DNA from: a virus | Length of the DNA: 64,000 bases | Virus record (IMG/VR): IMGVR_UViG_3300020463_000016 | Span: 4,038 to 68,037 of that record | Direction: 5' to 3' (one strand) | Shown: in pieces, positions 37,101-46,565 of the stretch | Position numbering within the stretch: the stretch's first letter is position 1 | Layout of the letters: each line of letters starts with the position of its first letter | Translations under genes and position numbers: made by a program | Notes under the pieces: generated by a model | Databases searched by the model: none | Told to the model about the DNA's origin: nothing | What the model saw: only the letters and a program-made list of their open reading frames with translations

Positions 37101-39136
37101 TTTAAGTCTTTAGCTAAATATTTCATTTGCTTAGCTTTAACATCATTAACAGCATTAGCTAAATACTCTAATTGTTTTCTATCAGCAGGATTACCTTCAT
37201 TTAGTTTGCTCATTTCTTGGTTCAAGCTTTCTATAACTTGATTACCACGTGCTATTTCTAATTCAGTATCGCGAGATCTAAAAGGATTAAATACTTGTTT
37301 AAATATTAAAGGCGCTTTGAATACGCCTGCGCTCATAGCAGCTCCTGACGCAAAAGCTTCCATTAGACCTCTGTCAAGACTTATATCTTTGTCAAGCATA
37401 AAAGCATCTACTAAATTTTCAGAGGCTTGAGCAAGAACTTCAGATCCTCCTTCTTGTACAATATCACCAGCAACACTTTTAGCTGTTACTCCTTTAACAT
37501 AATTTCTAACTGCATCTTTAAAAGAAGGTGATTTTTTAAAAGCAGATTTTAAAACGTTTAATTGATTAAATGTAACTCTTTCGCTTAAAGCCTCTGCAGT
37601 ACCTACAATAGCAGGCGCAGCAAACAACTGACCTCTCGAATAAGATATTAATGGATTTTTATCCATTTCAGCCATCATTTCTGCATATTTATTACCCGCT
37701 GTAGTTGCACCCATAGCCCATAAACCGGCTGTACCGCCTGTTGCAGCCAGCGTGCCAAGTATAGGTAGTTGATTACCAACTAAATTGCCAAACCAAGTTC
37801 CAATATCGCCTAAGTCTTGAAGCTCTTCAATAGTTTTGTCTTTAGCCAAACCGCCTCTTATTTCTTCACCCATCCCAGATAATAGCTCACCTATTTTTAA
37901 TCCGGACTTTTCAAAATCACCTAAATTTACATCTTCTTTAGTAATTGCATCAATGCCCCCTTCAATAGCACTAAAAACATATGCAGGTATATTTAAAAGA
38001 CCACCAGTTAATTCATACGTACTAGCAATTGTTCTACCAACTATGTTTTCAACTGTCCCATAGTCTCTTCTTATTATATTATTAATTTCGTCTGCTTGAT
38101 TAAGGTTTTCAATAGCCTTATTTAATTCTTTATCAGCATTTTGAAATTCTTCACTAATATAAGAAGCTTTACGGTTTACGTTTTCTTGAATAGCCTTGTA
38201 TTCTTCAACGTCTTTTTGGTCTTTTAAAACTACATTGTTTAGTTTACCAACATAATCTTTTATTTTTTTAGCCTCTTCTTGTACTACCTCGTTTTTTATT
38301 AAAGCATTTCTACTATCAAGATTTCCTATATCAGAAAGACCTTTAGCAATCTTACCTTCTTCTTTTAAAAGTTTTACTTTATTATCAGACTTTTCTGCAA
38401 TATTTTCAATATTTAAATTGAATTTTTTCTTTCTTTGATCTTCAATATAGTAATTTTCTGCTAAGCTATAAATTTCGTTGTCAGAAATTACCGCGTCAGG
38501 AGCTTTATCAGCTTTTAAGTCTTCTTCCGCTTTATCTAAAAAAGATTTTTTTTCTGCGTCCGCTTCTAACAACTGGCTAGGCGAAAACTGGCCAGTTTCT
38601 GGGTCAGGCATAGCACCAAACTTAGTTGTTTTAGGACTTTCGTAATAAGCTTTAAATTTTTGTTTAGCAGCTTTTTCTTCTTCTTTACTTAATACTTGTG
38701 CTTTAGCTTCTTGCCCTGTAGAGGTTAAAAAAGGATCATCAAAATATTCATCAACAAATTTTCCTTGTTTAAATTGGTATGCAAGATACTTTTGCAAATC
38801 CTCCTCGGTTTTTATATTTAGTGATTCATCGTTAAAAAGATCTTGTTTGCTCACAATATACTCTCCTTCAAATTCAAGATTACCGGTGACCGTTCCTTTT
38901 TGTGCTTTAAATCTATATTTTTTATCAGCCTCTTTTTGTTTTTCTTCTATTTCTTTTTTTACGTCTTCGGGCTCGCGAAAATCAGGCGCAGCTACTTTGC
39001 TTATAGATGTATTTTCATTAAGCATTTCTGCTTTTTTGCTATCAATAGCAGCTTGCACTTCTTGCTGGGACTTGCCTTGGGACTCCAGTAACTGGGCTAA
39101 TGCAATTAATTCTTGCCTTTGTGCTTGTGTTAGCAT
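31139..39136 (-). CDS. Giant multidomain putative internal virion/ejection protein
   Basis: 2665 aa, third of the trio after the nozzle; hydrophobic Gly/Ala region, sigma-r2-like segment, HAD domain (FDFDDTL/LTARP/FADD), C-terminal HEKKH. Confidence 0.7.
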   Translation of the reverse strand: MLTQAQRQELIALAQLLESQGKSQQEVQAAIDSKKAEMLNENTSISKVAAPDFREPEDVKKEIEEKQKEADKKYRFKAQKGTVTGNLEFEGEYIVSKQDLFNDESLNIKTEEDLQKYLAYQFKQGKFVDEYFDDPFLTSTGQEAKAQVLSKEEEKAAKQKFKAYYESPKTTKFGAMPDPETGQFSPSQLLEADAEKKSFLDKAEEDLKADKAPDAVISDNEIYSLAENYYIEDQRKKKFNLNIENIAEKSDNKVKLLKEEGKIAKGLSDIGNLDSRNALIKNEVVQEEAKKIKDYVGKLNNVVLKDQKDVEEYKAIQENVNRKASYISEEFQNADKELNKAIENLNQADEINNIIRRDYGTVENIVGRTIASTYELTGGLLNIPAYVFSAIEGGIDAITKEDVNLGDFEKSGLKIGELLSGMGEEIRGGLAKDKTIEELQDLGDIGTWFGNLVGNQLPILGTLAATGGTAGLWAMGATTAGNKYAEMMAEMDKNPLISYSRGQLFAAPAIVGTAEALSERVTFNQLNVLKSAFKKSPSFKDAVRNYVKGVTAKSVAGDIVQEGGSEVLAQASENLVDAFMLDKDISLDRGLMEAFASGAAMSAGVFKAPLIFKQVFNPFRSRDTELEIARGNQVIESLNQEMSKLNEGNPADRKQLEYLANAVNDVKAKQMKYLAKDLNNIDNLTEEQKQELITINGEIGKIRSEAGQIDGDVRGKDAKNLALQPLNEKYNELAERKNTILQSANEAAYDPPSLERSILENYQGKGLTQDFYLNKRVELLTNEITNLQKLKAEGVKDPEREAMLDLKIANRQKQLAFSVTSAMGMVDTNINATGLKAVSLEFVNKSKELLTQLNGGNITQEKYNELYNVAKANYTAKRAKLASAPKEFNKLQAIYDRVMEESNTPKTKGSRIQNEGTRGKATNEYLKAAAPIIEYITQRLYDKAGKDRTQGLGRDNFKQLVGNEIIELIENEFDPSKGQTLDKFISTRENLRSQRLATKEIKQDDDSSLDNLLNDSGGTVSEAMEQEMVVEDAQEKIDSAKALGIELDSNTVEKELLKNYNVDSKSFKRDIKSGFVNQFRNSIDAFMGKNTKTSQDFNNKLAENAEAIYDTLTVESMRMARGEEGSNPFEEAGMLVFKNGQLEKVAFKNIDKTELVNYFSDPNIKKQARSNRQKSLKEAMTISVAAAHAIKILNTNKTLQDRIVDLNQLKADVAANLSPFQKDFNVSENEFAAYDKDWSKYADEFGHQDYDLNNDTQREEFLNKLKSSGLTKLLPASFFLNFNGSTDPKIFKGEYVKTLNGKLILQKDYKKLPKPKPSIERARSGNIFFMNVAEAQAWVAENGPFAEEKESYSWIGKQKTAYGKLVNGKKQLSLKENFKNKEWLKNEDNKLVALEDIFTIFQNFMVKDGNVNKENAALVAALLKSTSSWQGHFIRKASPVKFTAIGKMYDENNKPLFDEEHTLPVSAVAKYLFSSAINGNIKKDFKNVKKNFFQGPLLKEFDSKLAGKGPDGRGFSYKSRTPSGWLMTDNIWARYFNVNVNNVRGGIDPNTIILRNGKSVAEEFNVGFDGKVTADVLKAQQEGIAEQTDKVEFIIDRAIAKLKELTGTKGFAIDPFLILAAKDVSLNVLVGGLRAVKATYNAGKNIAKAIDAGYDYVKSYMTEREWLEFANLATREIINEKTPAQVRLSIYSEAGVLAAQENIRKEGEKLLRELGADVNNLSTDEINKRLGILSKARAVAMDKKAPKKKARVFDFDDTLAKTKSRVLYLLPDGTEGSLSALEFAEQSGELAELGAQFDFSEFDKVKKGGKGPLAVLAKKLTEAKGDRDVFVLTARPAAATESIQSFLRSALGISIPLNNITGLGNGTPGAKAYWMAEKVSEGYNDLFFADDAPKNVAAVDKMLTDLGVKKKVQLAKETETKSLEDEFDTILRSKKPTRGSIFRRFNIYVPPGADDFEGLLYTFLGKGAIGNAQMKFFQDNIMTPFAQGISAYETSKVTLARDYKALRKRYKNKKVLKEKVFDGLYTKEQAVRAYLFNGAGYDLGISKGAVVDLLSVIQGDPKLKAFADDLASITKLKEGYPPITPDWLGGSIQTDLANVSNKSQRSDFLTEFIKNKNQIFSNQNMKLILERHGNDFTDALENVLERMETGVNRKKGKDKEFNQALNWLNASVANIMSFNTRSAILQQLSAVNFMNWTFNNPFMMAKAMANVPQFAKDFSTLFGSDFLIERRGGLKIEINTADLANSEPSNWFTKTHKKLLQAGFLPTQYGDSFAIAFGGASWYRNNINRLIKEGASEADAIKQTMVEFQEIAEKSQQSSRPDKVSRQQASDIGRLILAFANTPLQYARLTKKAALDLVNGRGDWRTNASKIVYYGVAQNLIFTALQSALFSMFLDDEEEVTEDDEKKLTYALNSVLDGTLRGMGYAGATIAALKNLGMELYDQNQKREKGERVYNGALTLVQKGLSISPPLSKKIGDIVEAQRYQDWRQYKYSPFYQNYAKANYVSGLLNIPADRVFKKLENINAMSTEYNDAWQNVLLGLGWSPYSVDVDLLDIRKKRIFSDKDSPLDKKEALEPGVLGKAHKDGTIQVKKGLSAAKKKEVIAHEKKHIADMKSGKLNYDNQNVYWNGKQYPRLQGKKIMYNGVAYLEGHKKLPWEKSANGIKV

Positions 39137-39140
39137 ATTA

Positions 39141-40772
39141 TTAAATTCCGTATTTATTGCTTATATTTTTCCCTGTAAAATCTAAAGCATCTAAATAATC
39201 ATCAATTGAAGGCTGACTTTTAGTAGCTTTATTTGGTATACCTAAGGCTGCAAAGTAATTTCTCATAAACTCTTTTGTATCATATAGGTCTTCTTTAGAA
39301 ATGTTTATAGGTTTGCCACCGGGTACATCCATAACAAAATTATTAGGATCATCTGTAGTTTTAGAAAAACCAGCTTTAGTCTCTGTAATTTTTGCATTAT
39401 TAATATTTATTCCTGTATCTTTAATTATATCTTCATAATTAAAAGACTTGTTAGTTGGACCCATAATACTTCCCCCAAAAGTTGTTGATTTATTTATTAA
39501 ACCCTGAACTCTACTTAAAAGTTCATCACTAGTCTCACCAACTTTACCCCCGTCTTTTCCAGAAGCAGCCTCTTCTTTTAATTTATTTTTTGATTTTAAA
39601 GCGTTCATTATAGCAGTTTGATCTTTAGCTAAGTTAGCTTTATCACCTAAATTATTTTGTTCTAATTCTGCAACTTTTAATTTATTAGCGGCAAGAGTTT
39701 CGCTTATCATGTCGTCAACATATTCTTGCTTTTTTTCTTCTTTTAGCGCTTTTAAGTCTTCCATACTTGCGCCGTCTATTATTGTTGATACTTCTTCGTA
39801 ACCTAGGCCGCTTTGTGTTGAATCAAGTAAATATTGCTTTAAGCCCATTCTTAAATCGCCATTACCTAAAGAATCAAAATAACCATTAAAGCTATTTTCG
39901 CTAGCTTCTTTAAACCAAGGTTTGAGCTGCTCTTTACCATCAATTTCAACAGTTAATGGCTCAATAGTAGATTCGTACATTGGCAGGCCTGTTGCAGGAT
40001 CAGTTGTTGAAGTTACTTTTGTCATTGCAGAACCTTGTTGCGTTTCCATAACATTTGCAATATCAGCTTGTCTTTGCTCAAAAGCTGTGCTTTCAGGGGC
40101 TGTTAATATACGCGGAAGCTGTTCAAATTTTTCTATAGCAGCCTCTATAGGTTGTTCATTGCCTTGAGAATCTGTCCATGTACCCGCTAATTGCATTTTA
40201 TTATTTTTATCAAACGTGTAGCTCACATCAGCTCTACCTGTGCTCATTGCTGATAAAAATTCTATTGTCTCAGGCTTATTAGCTAAAGATTGATTACCCT
40301 CTTCAACGCTTTCCATGTATGTAGCTATGTCTGCGTATAATATTTTTTCTGCGGCTTTATAAGCAGGTATTTGCGCTTCTAATGTCATTACAACCTTACT
40401 ATAATCTGCAGCAGTTAAAGTCCCGTTATCTCTTGATATTTTAGCTTGATTTAGTCTATCAACTAACATATTAGAAAAATCTATTCGACTATCGTTTAGT
40501 GCTCCAGCATCATCATCAGACTTTAATATAAGACCTTCTCTAGTTGCAGCATCTACTTTATCTAAAGCCAATTGATTAGCAATTTCTTTTTGCCGTGCAA
40601 TAACTTTATTTGCTTCAGACTCGCGAGCTTTTTGTATACCTTGTCCAATCATAGCGCCAAACTTCATGCCAGCCGCCATATTTCTATCTATATCTGCTTC
40701 TAAATCGTATTGTGGTACATTTGTTACCTTGTAATCAAATGCTCCTAAATTTCCGTATCTACTCATTATCAA
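39141..40772 (-). CDS. Putative ejection protein
   Basis: 543 aa helical protein; position in the ejection trio. Confidence 0.55.
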   Translation of the reverse strand: MIMSRYGNLGAFDYKVTNVPQYDLEADIDRNMAAGMKFGAMIGQGIQKARESEANKVIARQKEIANQLALDKVDAATREGLILKSDDDAGALNDSRIDFSNMLVDRLNQAKISRDNGTLTAADYSKVVMTLEAQIPAYKAAEKILYADIATYMESVEEGNQSLANKPETIEFLSAMSTGRADVSYTFDKNNKMQLAGTWTDSQGNEQPIEAAIEKFEQLPRILTAPESTAFEQRQADIANVMETQQGSAMTKVTSTTDPATGLPMYESTIEPLTVEIDGKEQLKPWFKEASENSFNGYFDSLGNGDLRMGLKQYLLDSTQSGLGYEEVSTIIDGASMEDLKALKEEKKQEYVDDMISETLAANKLKVAELEQNNLGDKANLAKDQTAIMNALKSKNKLKEEAASGKDGGKVGETSDELLSRVQGLINKSTTFGGSIMGPTNKSFNYEDIIKDTGININNAKITETKAGFSKTTDDPNNFVMDVPGGKPINISKEDLYDTKEFMRNYFAALGIPNKATKSQPSIDDYLDALDFTGKNISNKYGI

Positions 40773-41971
40773 TTTTTAAATCCCATGCTCCCCATGGCAC
40801 TTGCCGCTCCAGTTGCGGCTTGGGTTAAGCCTCCTAAAAGCATACCTCTTTGTTTTTCGTACGCTGCTGACTTTTGTGCGTGTGCTTGATTAGCCATTCC
40901 TAGTTTACTAGCCAGTCTATTATATTGCATACCTTGAACGTCCATTGCCCCTTGCCTACCCATAATGTCTGCTTGCATACCTGTTTGTGCTGCAAACTGA
41001 TTAGCGGCGGTTGCTGCATTAGCATTAGCCATTTCTACGGCTTGATCCGTGCGGAATTGCTCCATTGAAAATTGATTTTGCACTCCAGCATTAAATTGGT
41101 TCATTTGAGCCCCCTGATTAAATTCACTAAGCGAAAATTGATTAGCAGCTTGTGCACCAAACTGAGCGGCTTGATTCATTGCACCTGCATTAAATTGAGA
41201 AGCCTGATTCATTGCACCAGCGCTAAACTGGGCTGCCTGGTTAGAAGCATTGGCATTAAATTGTTCCTGCCCTAAATCAAATTGGGAGGCTGTATTACTT
41301 TGCTTTAACTGATCTCTTTGCAGCTGCATTTCGCCCTGTGCTCTTCTCATTTCATTAGCTTTAACCTGCTGGTCTATATCTGCTGCGATCTTAGACTTTG
41401 ATTTTGCAGCGGCGGCGGCTAATGCAGTTGCTCCTCCCCCACCGGTTCCAGCTTGTGCGGCTAAATCTTGGGATGCGGCCAGTGACTGGTCCGCTTCTTG
41501 CGCTGCAAGTTCAGCTCCAGCTGTCGAAACTTGTAAATTATTAAATTCATTAGTTAAACCAGTAGCGTCTCCTGTAAGAAGAGGGCCTACATTCGTGCCT
41601 TGCGCAGTATACCCTTGTGCTTCATAACCGGAAGCTTCATAACCTGTTGCCTCATTAAGTCCCGGAAGTTGAGCCGTGGCCGCACTACCAATTTTTCCTG
41701 CCTGAGCAGCAACCGGATCATAGCTAGCGCCAGTCATACCTTCAAAAGCATTTTTAAATTTAAATGCGTCTAATTTAGCCATTGCAGCTGCTTTAGCACG
41801 TTCAGCTTTTTGTGCTGCTCTTCGTTTTCTTTTTCTGCCAAATAAAGAACCAATTCCTTTTATAAGGCCACCTGCCGCTCCTGCTATTCCCGCAATTGCC
41901 AACGGAGGCAACCCGTAAACTAAACCCTCAATTTTAGGGCCAAAAAATAATAACTTTAAAACTTCTTCCAT
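40769..41971 (-). CDS. Putative ejection/DNA pilot protein; likely start MEEVLK
   Basis: Gly/Ala hydrophobic N-terminal helix, basic patch, Ala/Gln/Asn 11-residue repeats. Confidence 0.6.
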   Translation of the reverse strand: MEEVLKLLFFGPKIEGLVYGLPPLAIAGIAGAAGGLIKGIGSLFGRKRKRRAAQKAERAKAAAMAKLDAFKFKNAFEGMTGASYDPVAAQAGKIGSAATAQLPGLNEATGYEASGYEAQGYTAQGTNVGPLLTGDATGLTNEFNNLQVSTAGAELAAQEADQSLAASQDLAAQAGTGGGGATALAAAAAKSKSKIAADIDQQVKANEMRRAQGEMQLQRDQLKQSNTASQFDLGQEQFNANASNQAAQFSAGAMNQASQFNAGAMNQAAQFGAQAANQFSLSEFNQGAQMNQFNAGVQNQFSMEQFRTDQAVEMANANAATAANQFAAQTGMQADIMGRQGAMDVQGMQYNRLASKLGMANQAHAQKSAAYEKQRGMLLGGLTQAATGAASAMGSMGFKN

Positions 41972-41972
41972 A

Positions 41973-42212
41973 TTATTGACTTGAATAAACTGTTTCTGAA
42001 TTAAGAGCAAACAGTTCAGCTTTGTTAATTGATTTATCTACTGGTAGCTTTAAGCGAATACGCATAAATGTACCTTTTGTTCCAGCAACAAGTTTAGTTG
42101 CATCCGCAACAACAGCGCCTCCAGAAACTTTATATGTTGTTTCTTCGGACACTATTGGTGCAAAGTATTTACCTTCTTTTTCTTTAAAAGGAAATTTTAT
42201 TATTGTACTCAT
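41973..42212 (-). CDS. Detached C-terminal segment of the tail nozzle/stabilisation protein
   Basis: FKEKEGKYF...G.KG....AELFALNSE resembles the usual nozzle C-terminus. Confidence 0.55.
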   Translation of the reverse strand: MSTIIKFPFKEKEGKYFAPIVSEETTYKVSGGAVVADATKLVAGTKGTFMRIRLKLPVDKSINKAELFALNSETVYSSQ

Positions 42213-45200
42213 TATGCTTGATTTATTATTATAACTTGTTGGGCAACCGCGGATCCTGTAACCCTAGAATTTCCATAAGGATTTATTCTAACTTCCGCTG
42301 TTCTTGAAGAGCTTGTAGTATTGTTTTCTACATTTATAGTAAAAGGATAATTAGAGCCAGCAAAATTTATGCCATCAGGGTCAACAATTTTAGTTCCAGC
42401 AGAGCCATTCATTAATACCCAAGATTGAGTTGCGGATACTGCTATTGGTATTGTAGCCCCATTGGAGTTTGTTATACTTGTATTTGAGTTGCCTGAAGCA
42501 TTAAATGATATTGAAGACACATAAGTCCCTACAGAAGCTGTCACTTCACCCGAACCTGTTATGGTAGCCGTTGCAGTAGTGTTTTCTGAAACAGCGGGTA
42601 AAACAATATTATATTGTAGATATTCTTGCGAAGCTCCATCAATACCGCCAGTGCCAACAGCTACACCTGGTACATTGTATGTTAATCCGTGCCCATTAGG
42701 CAAAAATACTTTTGTCGTGCCAGAGGCAGTCCATCTTAACGCGGCTGTTCTTTTTGCAACTGCATCATATGGACTTATTGTATATGCCGTGTTAACAGAA
42801 GTATTTACAGGTGTAGTTAATGCCCCGCTTGCTGGTGTTGCCCATGTTAATTGAGGCAATACAGTAGCAGAACCACTTATGCCTAAAGAATTATTAGTTG
42901 CAGTTGCAGGAACTGTTATCGGAAAACCAGCAATTACATTGCCATTACTAAAACTTAAGTTAAAAGGTACTATATTAGTACCTGCACCCATTCCTGAATG
43001 ATTAGAACAATAATAATATAATGTAGGCGTATTTGATGCAATAACTATTTGCGTATATGCACCAGCAGACCCAGGTGTTCCATTATAAGTTACCCCAGTG
43101 GTATATTCGGTACCGCTTGCGTGAGTCCCATTTGATGTAGTACTAAATTTAAAAGGGTGTCCGCTATTAGAACTATCACTTTGATCAAATTTATAAGTTT
43201 TACCTTTAGTTAAAGTTAAAATAGGTTGTTTCAAATAGTCAATATTATTAGTCGCATCGTCTATTGCATATTTATTTGCACCATAATTTCTAACAATTAC
43301 ATTTTTAGTAATAGTTGAAGCTGTAATAGCTGCCGCTTCAGTTAACCCTGTTATATTAGCCGATATTAATCCCGGATCTATATAATGTGTGCTTATAGGA
43401 GAAACTGTAATATTTAAGTTATTTGCACCAGCTGTAGTATATGTTGCTAAAGCAGGGCTAACATTACCGTTAGTAACGGCATCTCCTACACTTATAGTTA
43501 ATAAATTAACTTCAAAAATAAGGTCAGCACCAACACCCGCTATATTTACAGTTTTTGTTTCATTGCTTGCGCTAGCTGTATAATTTATTTTAAATACTAA
43601 ATTATTATTTGTTATAGCAGAAGGGTTTGTTATACCTAAACCAGCACCCGATAACGTTATATCATTTATACTATTAAATTCAAAATCTGCATTTTTTGGC
43701 TTTGCAGTTACTACCCATTCTATAACTTCATTTTGTTTTGCGTTAATAGTTTGTTCGCCTGTAATTATGCTATTATTAGCTGCGCCAGAAAATTGTAAAG
43801 TTATTGCATAATAGTTTTCTAAAGCAGGTTGTACCCCAACAGAAGAAATATCTGTTTGCATAAAATCTAGCTCCCATCCGGTGCTACCTTCATAACTTAC
43901 ATTATTAAAAGTTTTTACAGTAGAAGGGCTGTCATTTAAAATAGGTTCTATATAAGATTCTGCCGCAGAAGCGCCATAAAATGTATTTCTATTTACACTT
44001 TCATCATTATGCTTCCATAATTTACCTGAATTAAAAGTATAATAAATATTATTTAAGCTTAAACCTCCTTCTTGATTATAAGATTTAAAGCTTGTCCACC
44101 CCTGTGCACCTTCGTCAAAGGATATAGTAAGGTATTCGTCAACAGCAGTAGCTACATTTGTATCTTTGTGGCCACTAAAACCTGTACCAACTAAAGTAAT
44201 ATTATATAAGTTGTTATATTCATCGTATGAACCAATAACCTTATTTGATTTGGCTAAAGCATCCCTAAAAAAATCGCTCATACCCATATTAGATATTTCA
44301 ACTAACCCGTTTTGAGATAGTCGCATAACACTACCTCTACTTTTATCAGTAAAGTATTTTGCATATCCATAATATGCAAAAGATTTTGGATCTTTTGATA
44401 TACCAAATTCTCCTGCATAAGGCGCAATTGTACCTAAAAATTGAGTATTTGTAGTTACAGGTATTGCACCGCCTTCTGCTGAATATATAAAGTCTTTGTT
44501 AACAGGGGATCTTGAAATTTTATCTTCTTGAAAAACAACTATTTGGGTGTCGTCGGCAAATAGCTTTTGTACAGACCCATCTTGAGGGTCTAAAGATATT
44601 GTTATGCCGCCCTCGGCTTCATTAAATTGATTTATATAATTTATATTTGTTCTTGAATTAAACAGCCCGCTAGAATGTATTAAAGTATTAAATCTTCTTT
44701 CTTCAGCAAAGTTTTCTTTTACAACATACGCTCTAACGCCGACATCAAAAGCCCTTTCATTAAAGCCCGCTCTTAACCTATTTATTTCAATGTGCGTACC
44801 AGAAGTAAATGTTAATAAATAACAATTATAAAACTGTATGTCTATTGCTGTTGTTGTTAAAGCAGATATTAAGCCACCTGTTGATGTTTCAAAAAATATG
44901 TCTAGATCAGATTCAAAAGGCTCTGTTTCAAATACAGCCACACCTGATGTTACAGAATCCGTAGGGACATTAGCTGTGCCCGCAGGATTGTTTATAGATT
45001 GAACCTTACTTAAAGTAGCTGTTGTTTTATTAACTCCACCTAATATTTTAGGATATACCGCAACATCACAAGGAGAAATGGTTCCGCTTGTACTAGGCGG
45101 TATAACGGCGGTTTGATCTCTTGGTATTTTGTTAATGCTGTCTCCAAATCTATTTACTACATTTAATGAAGTTATAGTGGAAATCCAATTGTAATATTGT

Positions 45201-46561
45201 TGTTCTCTTTGTTTTACAACAATTCTATAAGAATAGCACCAATCTAAAGCCTGCAATGCTGTTATAGTCGATTGTGAAAATGCTATACGCAATGAATTAA
45301 ATACACTTGTACTATTAGATTCGCCAGTTGCCGCATCAATAAAAACCGTATCTCCTCCTGTTTCAGATAATAATACAGGTGTTTGTCTTCCGAATTTATC
45401 AGCAAGAACAATACCAACCTGGTATGTTCTTCTTGATTTTACAGACATTCTGTCATCTAAAGCTGAATATCTGGCTGATGCTTCGCCTGTCCTGCTTACT
45501 GTAAACGATACTTTTGGTATATTAAAATTCTGTAAATAATTTCCATAAACCAATCTACCTCCAGCTAATTCTTGTGACTTAGCAAGTCTAGGTACTGCAT
45601 CAGATACTCTTGTCAATTGATCTGAAGGCAAGGTTTTAAAAGGATCTTGAGATTTATAAAAAAAGTTTATTGAAGTTTCAGAAGTTAAAACTTTACTTTC
45701 AACAACGTATAATGCACCACTTCCTGTTTCTTTATATATTAATTCGACCTTATTGATGCCTAAGTTAGCTGGGGTAGGCACTGATAATTGAACAGATTTT
45801 ATAGCATTAACAAAAGTTTCAATTTCACCAAAGTCTTCAATATTTGTAGCAATAGTATCAGCATTATCTAGTCTTGAAAAACATATAGGTGTAAATGGAG
45901 CTAATACACTGTATTCGCCGTCTTCAAATTGATACCTATAAGAAAACCTAATTAATTTATTTTCAAGAAAATTAGAAGTAATTACGTTGCCTTGTTCATC
46001 TGAATTAGAAACACCGATTATATTTGCCGCAACGTATGGCGCATATTTAGCAACAGATATTATATCGTCAATGTTTGAATTTAAATCATATCTATTAGGG
46101 GTATTCCTGGCAGTTTCAACATTTATTTTTCTTGGAGGATTTCTATCATCTGTAAAGAATAAAAGCTCATCAACTAAGTTTATGCCGGTAATTAAATAAT
46201 TTTGATGAAAATTTAAAGCAACACTATTAACTAAAACGGTCGCTTTATTTGCTTTTTGATTATATTCTATTATTTGATGACTACCGTTATTTATTTCATT
46301 GTATGAAGAATTTGTTGTAATAAAGTAATATATTCTTTCATTACCATTGTCTCTGTACTCCCCTATAACCTTTGCATTGGCTAAACTAGTATCGTTGATT
46401 AGTTTATTACCCAATATATTTTCAACAGCGCCTATATCTGAGCTTTCTGATTTGCTAACATTTATATTTAATGCTTCTCGATATTCACCGGGCTTTAGCA
46501 TTTTATCGTCTAAATCGCGATTCATTTTGCTCGCGTTAAAGAGTCTTTTAATTTCTGGCAT
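42212..46561 (-). CDS. Tail nozzle/stabilisation protein with appended Ig-like, cupredoxin-like and BACON-like domains
   Basis: KMNRDLDD...GEYREALN, LLFFTDDRNPPRKIN, RFSYRYQFEDGEYS, YAGEFGIS; C-terminal extension. Confidence 0.75.
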   Translation of the reverse strand: MPEIKRLFNASKMNRDLDDKMLKPGEYREALNINVSKSESSDIGAVENILGNKLINDTSLANAKVIGEYRDNGNERIYYFITTNSSYNEINNGSHQIIEYNQKANKATVLVNSVALNFHQNYLITGINLVDELLFFTDDRNPPRKINVETARNTPNRYDLNSNIDDIISVAKYAPYVAANIIGVSNSDEQGNVITSNFLENKLIRFSYRYQFEDGEYSVLAPFTPICFSRLDNADTIATNIEDFGEIETFVNAIKSVQLSVPTPANLGINKVELIYKETGSGALYVVESKVLTSETSINFFYKSQDPFKTLPSDQLTRVSDAVPRLAKSQELAGGRLVYGNYLQNFNIPKVSFTVSRTGEASARYSALDDRMSVKSRRTYQVGIVLADKFGRQTPVLLSETGGDTVFIDAATGESNSTSVFNSLRIAFSQSTITALQALDWCYSYRIVVKQREQQYYNWISTITSLNVVNRFGDSINKIPRDQTAVIPPSTSGTISPCDVAVYPKILGGVNKTTATLSKVQSINNPAGTANVPTDSVTSGVAVFETEPFESDLDIFFETSTGGLISALTTTAIDIQFYNCYLLTFTSGTHIEINRLRAGFNERAFDVGVRAYVVKENFAEERRFNTLIHSSGLFNSRTNINYINQFNEAEGGITISLDPQDGSVQKLFADDTQIVVFQEDKISRSPVNKDFIYSAEGGAIPVTTNTQFLGTIAPYAGEFGISKDPKSFAYYGYAKYFTDKSRGSVMRLSQNGLVEISNMGMSDFFRDALAKSNKVIGSYDEYNNLYNITLVGTGFSGHKDTNVATAVDEYLTISFDEGAQGWTSFKSYNQEGGLSLNNIYYTFNSGKLWKHNDESVNRNTFYGASAAESYIEPILNDSPSTVKTFNNVSYEGSTGWELDFMQTDISSVGVQPALENYYAITLQFSGAANNSIITGEQTINAKQNEVIEWVVTAKPKNADFEFNSINDITLSGAGLGITNPSAITNNNLVFKINYTASASNETKTVNIAGVGADLIFEVNLLTISVGDAVTNGNVSPALATYTTAGANNLNITVSPISTHYIDPGLISANITGLTEAAAITASTITKNVIVRNYGANKYAIDDATNNIDYLKQPILTLTKGKTYKFDQSDSSNSGHPFKFSTTSNGTHASGTEYTTGVTYNGTPGSAGAYTQIVIASNTPTLYYYCSNHSGMGAGTNIVPFNLSFSNGNVIAGFPITVPATATNNSLGISGSATVLPQLTWATPASGALTTPVNTSVNTAYTISPYDAVAKRTAALRWTASGTTKVFLPNGHGLTYNVPGVAVGTGGIDGASQEYLQYNIVLPAVSENTTATATITGSGEVTASVGTYVSSISFNASGNSNTSITNSNGATIPIAVSATQSWVLMNGSAGTKIVDPDGINFAGSNYPFTINVENNTTSSSRTAEVRINPYGNSRVTGSAVAQQVIIINQA

Positions 46562-46565
46562 ATAT

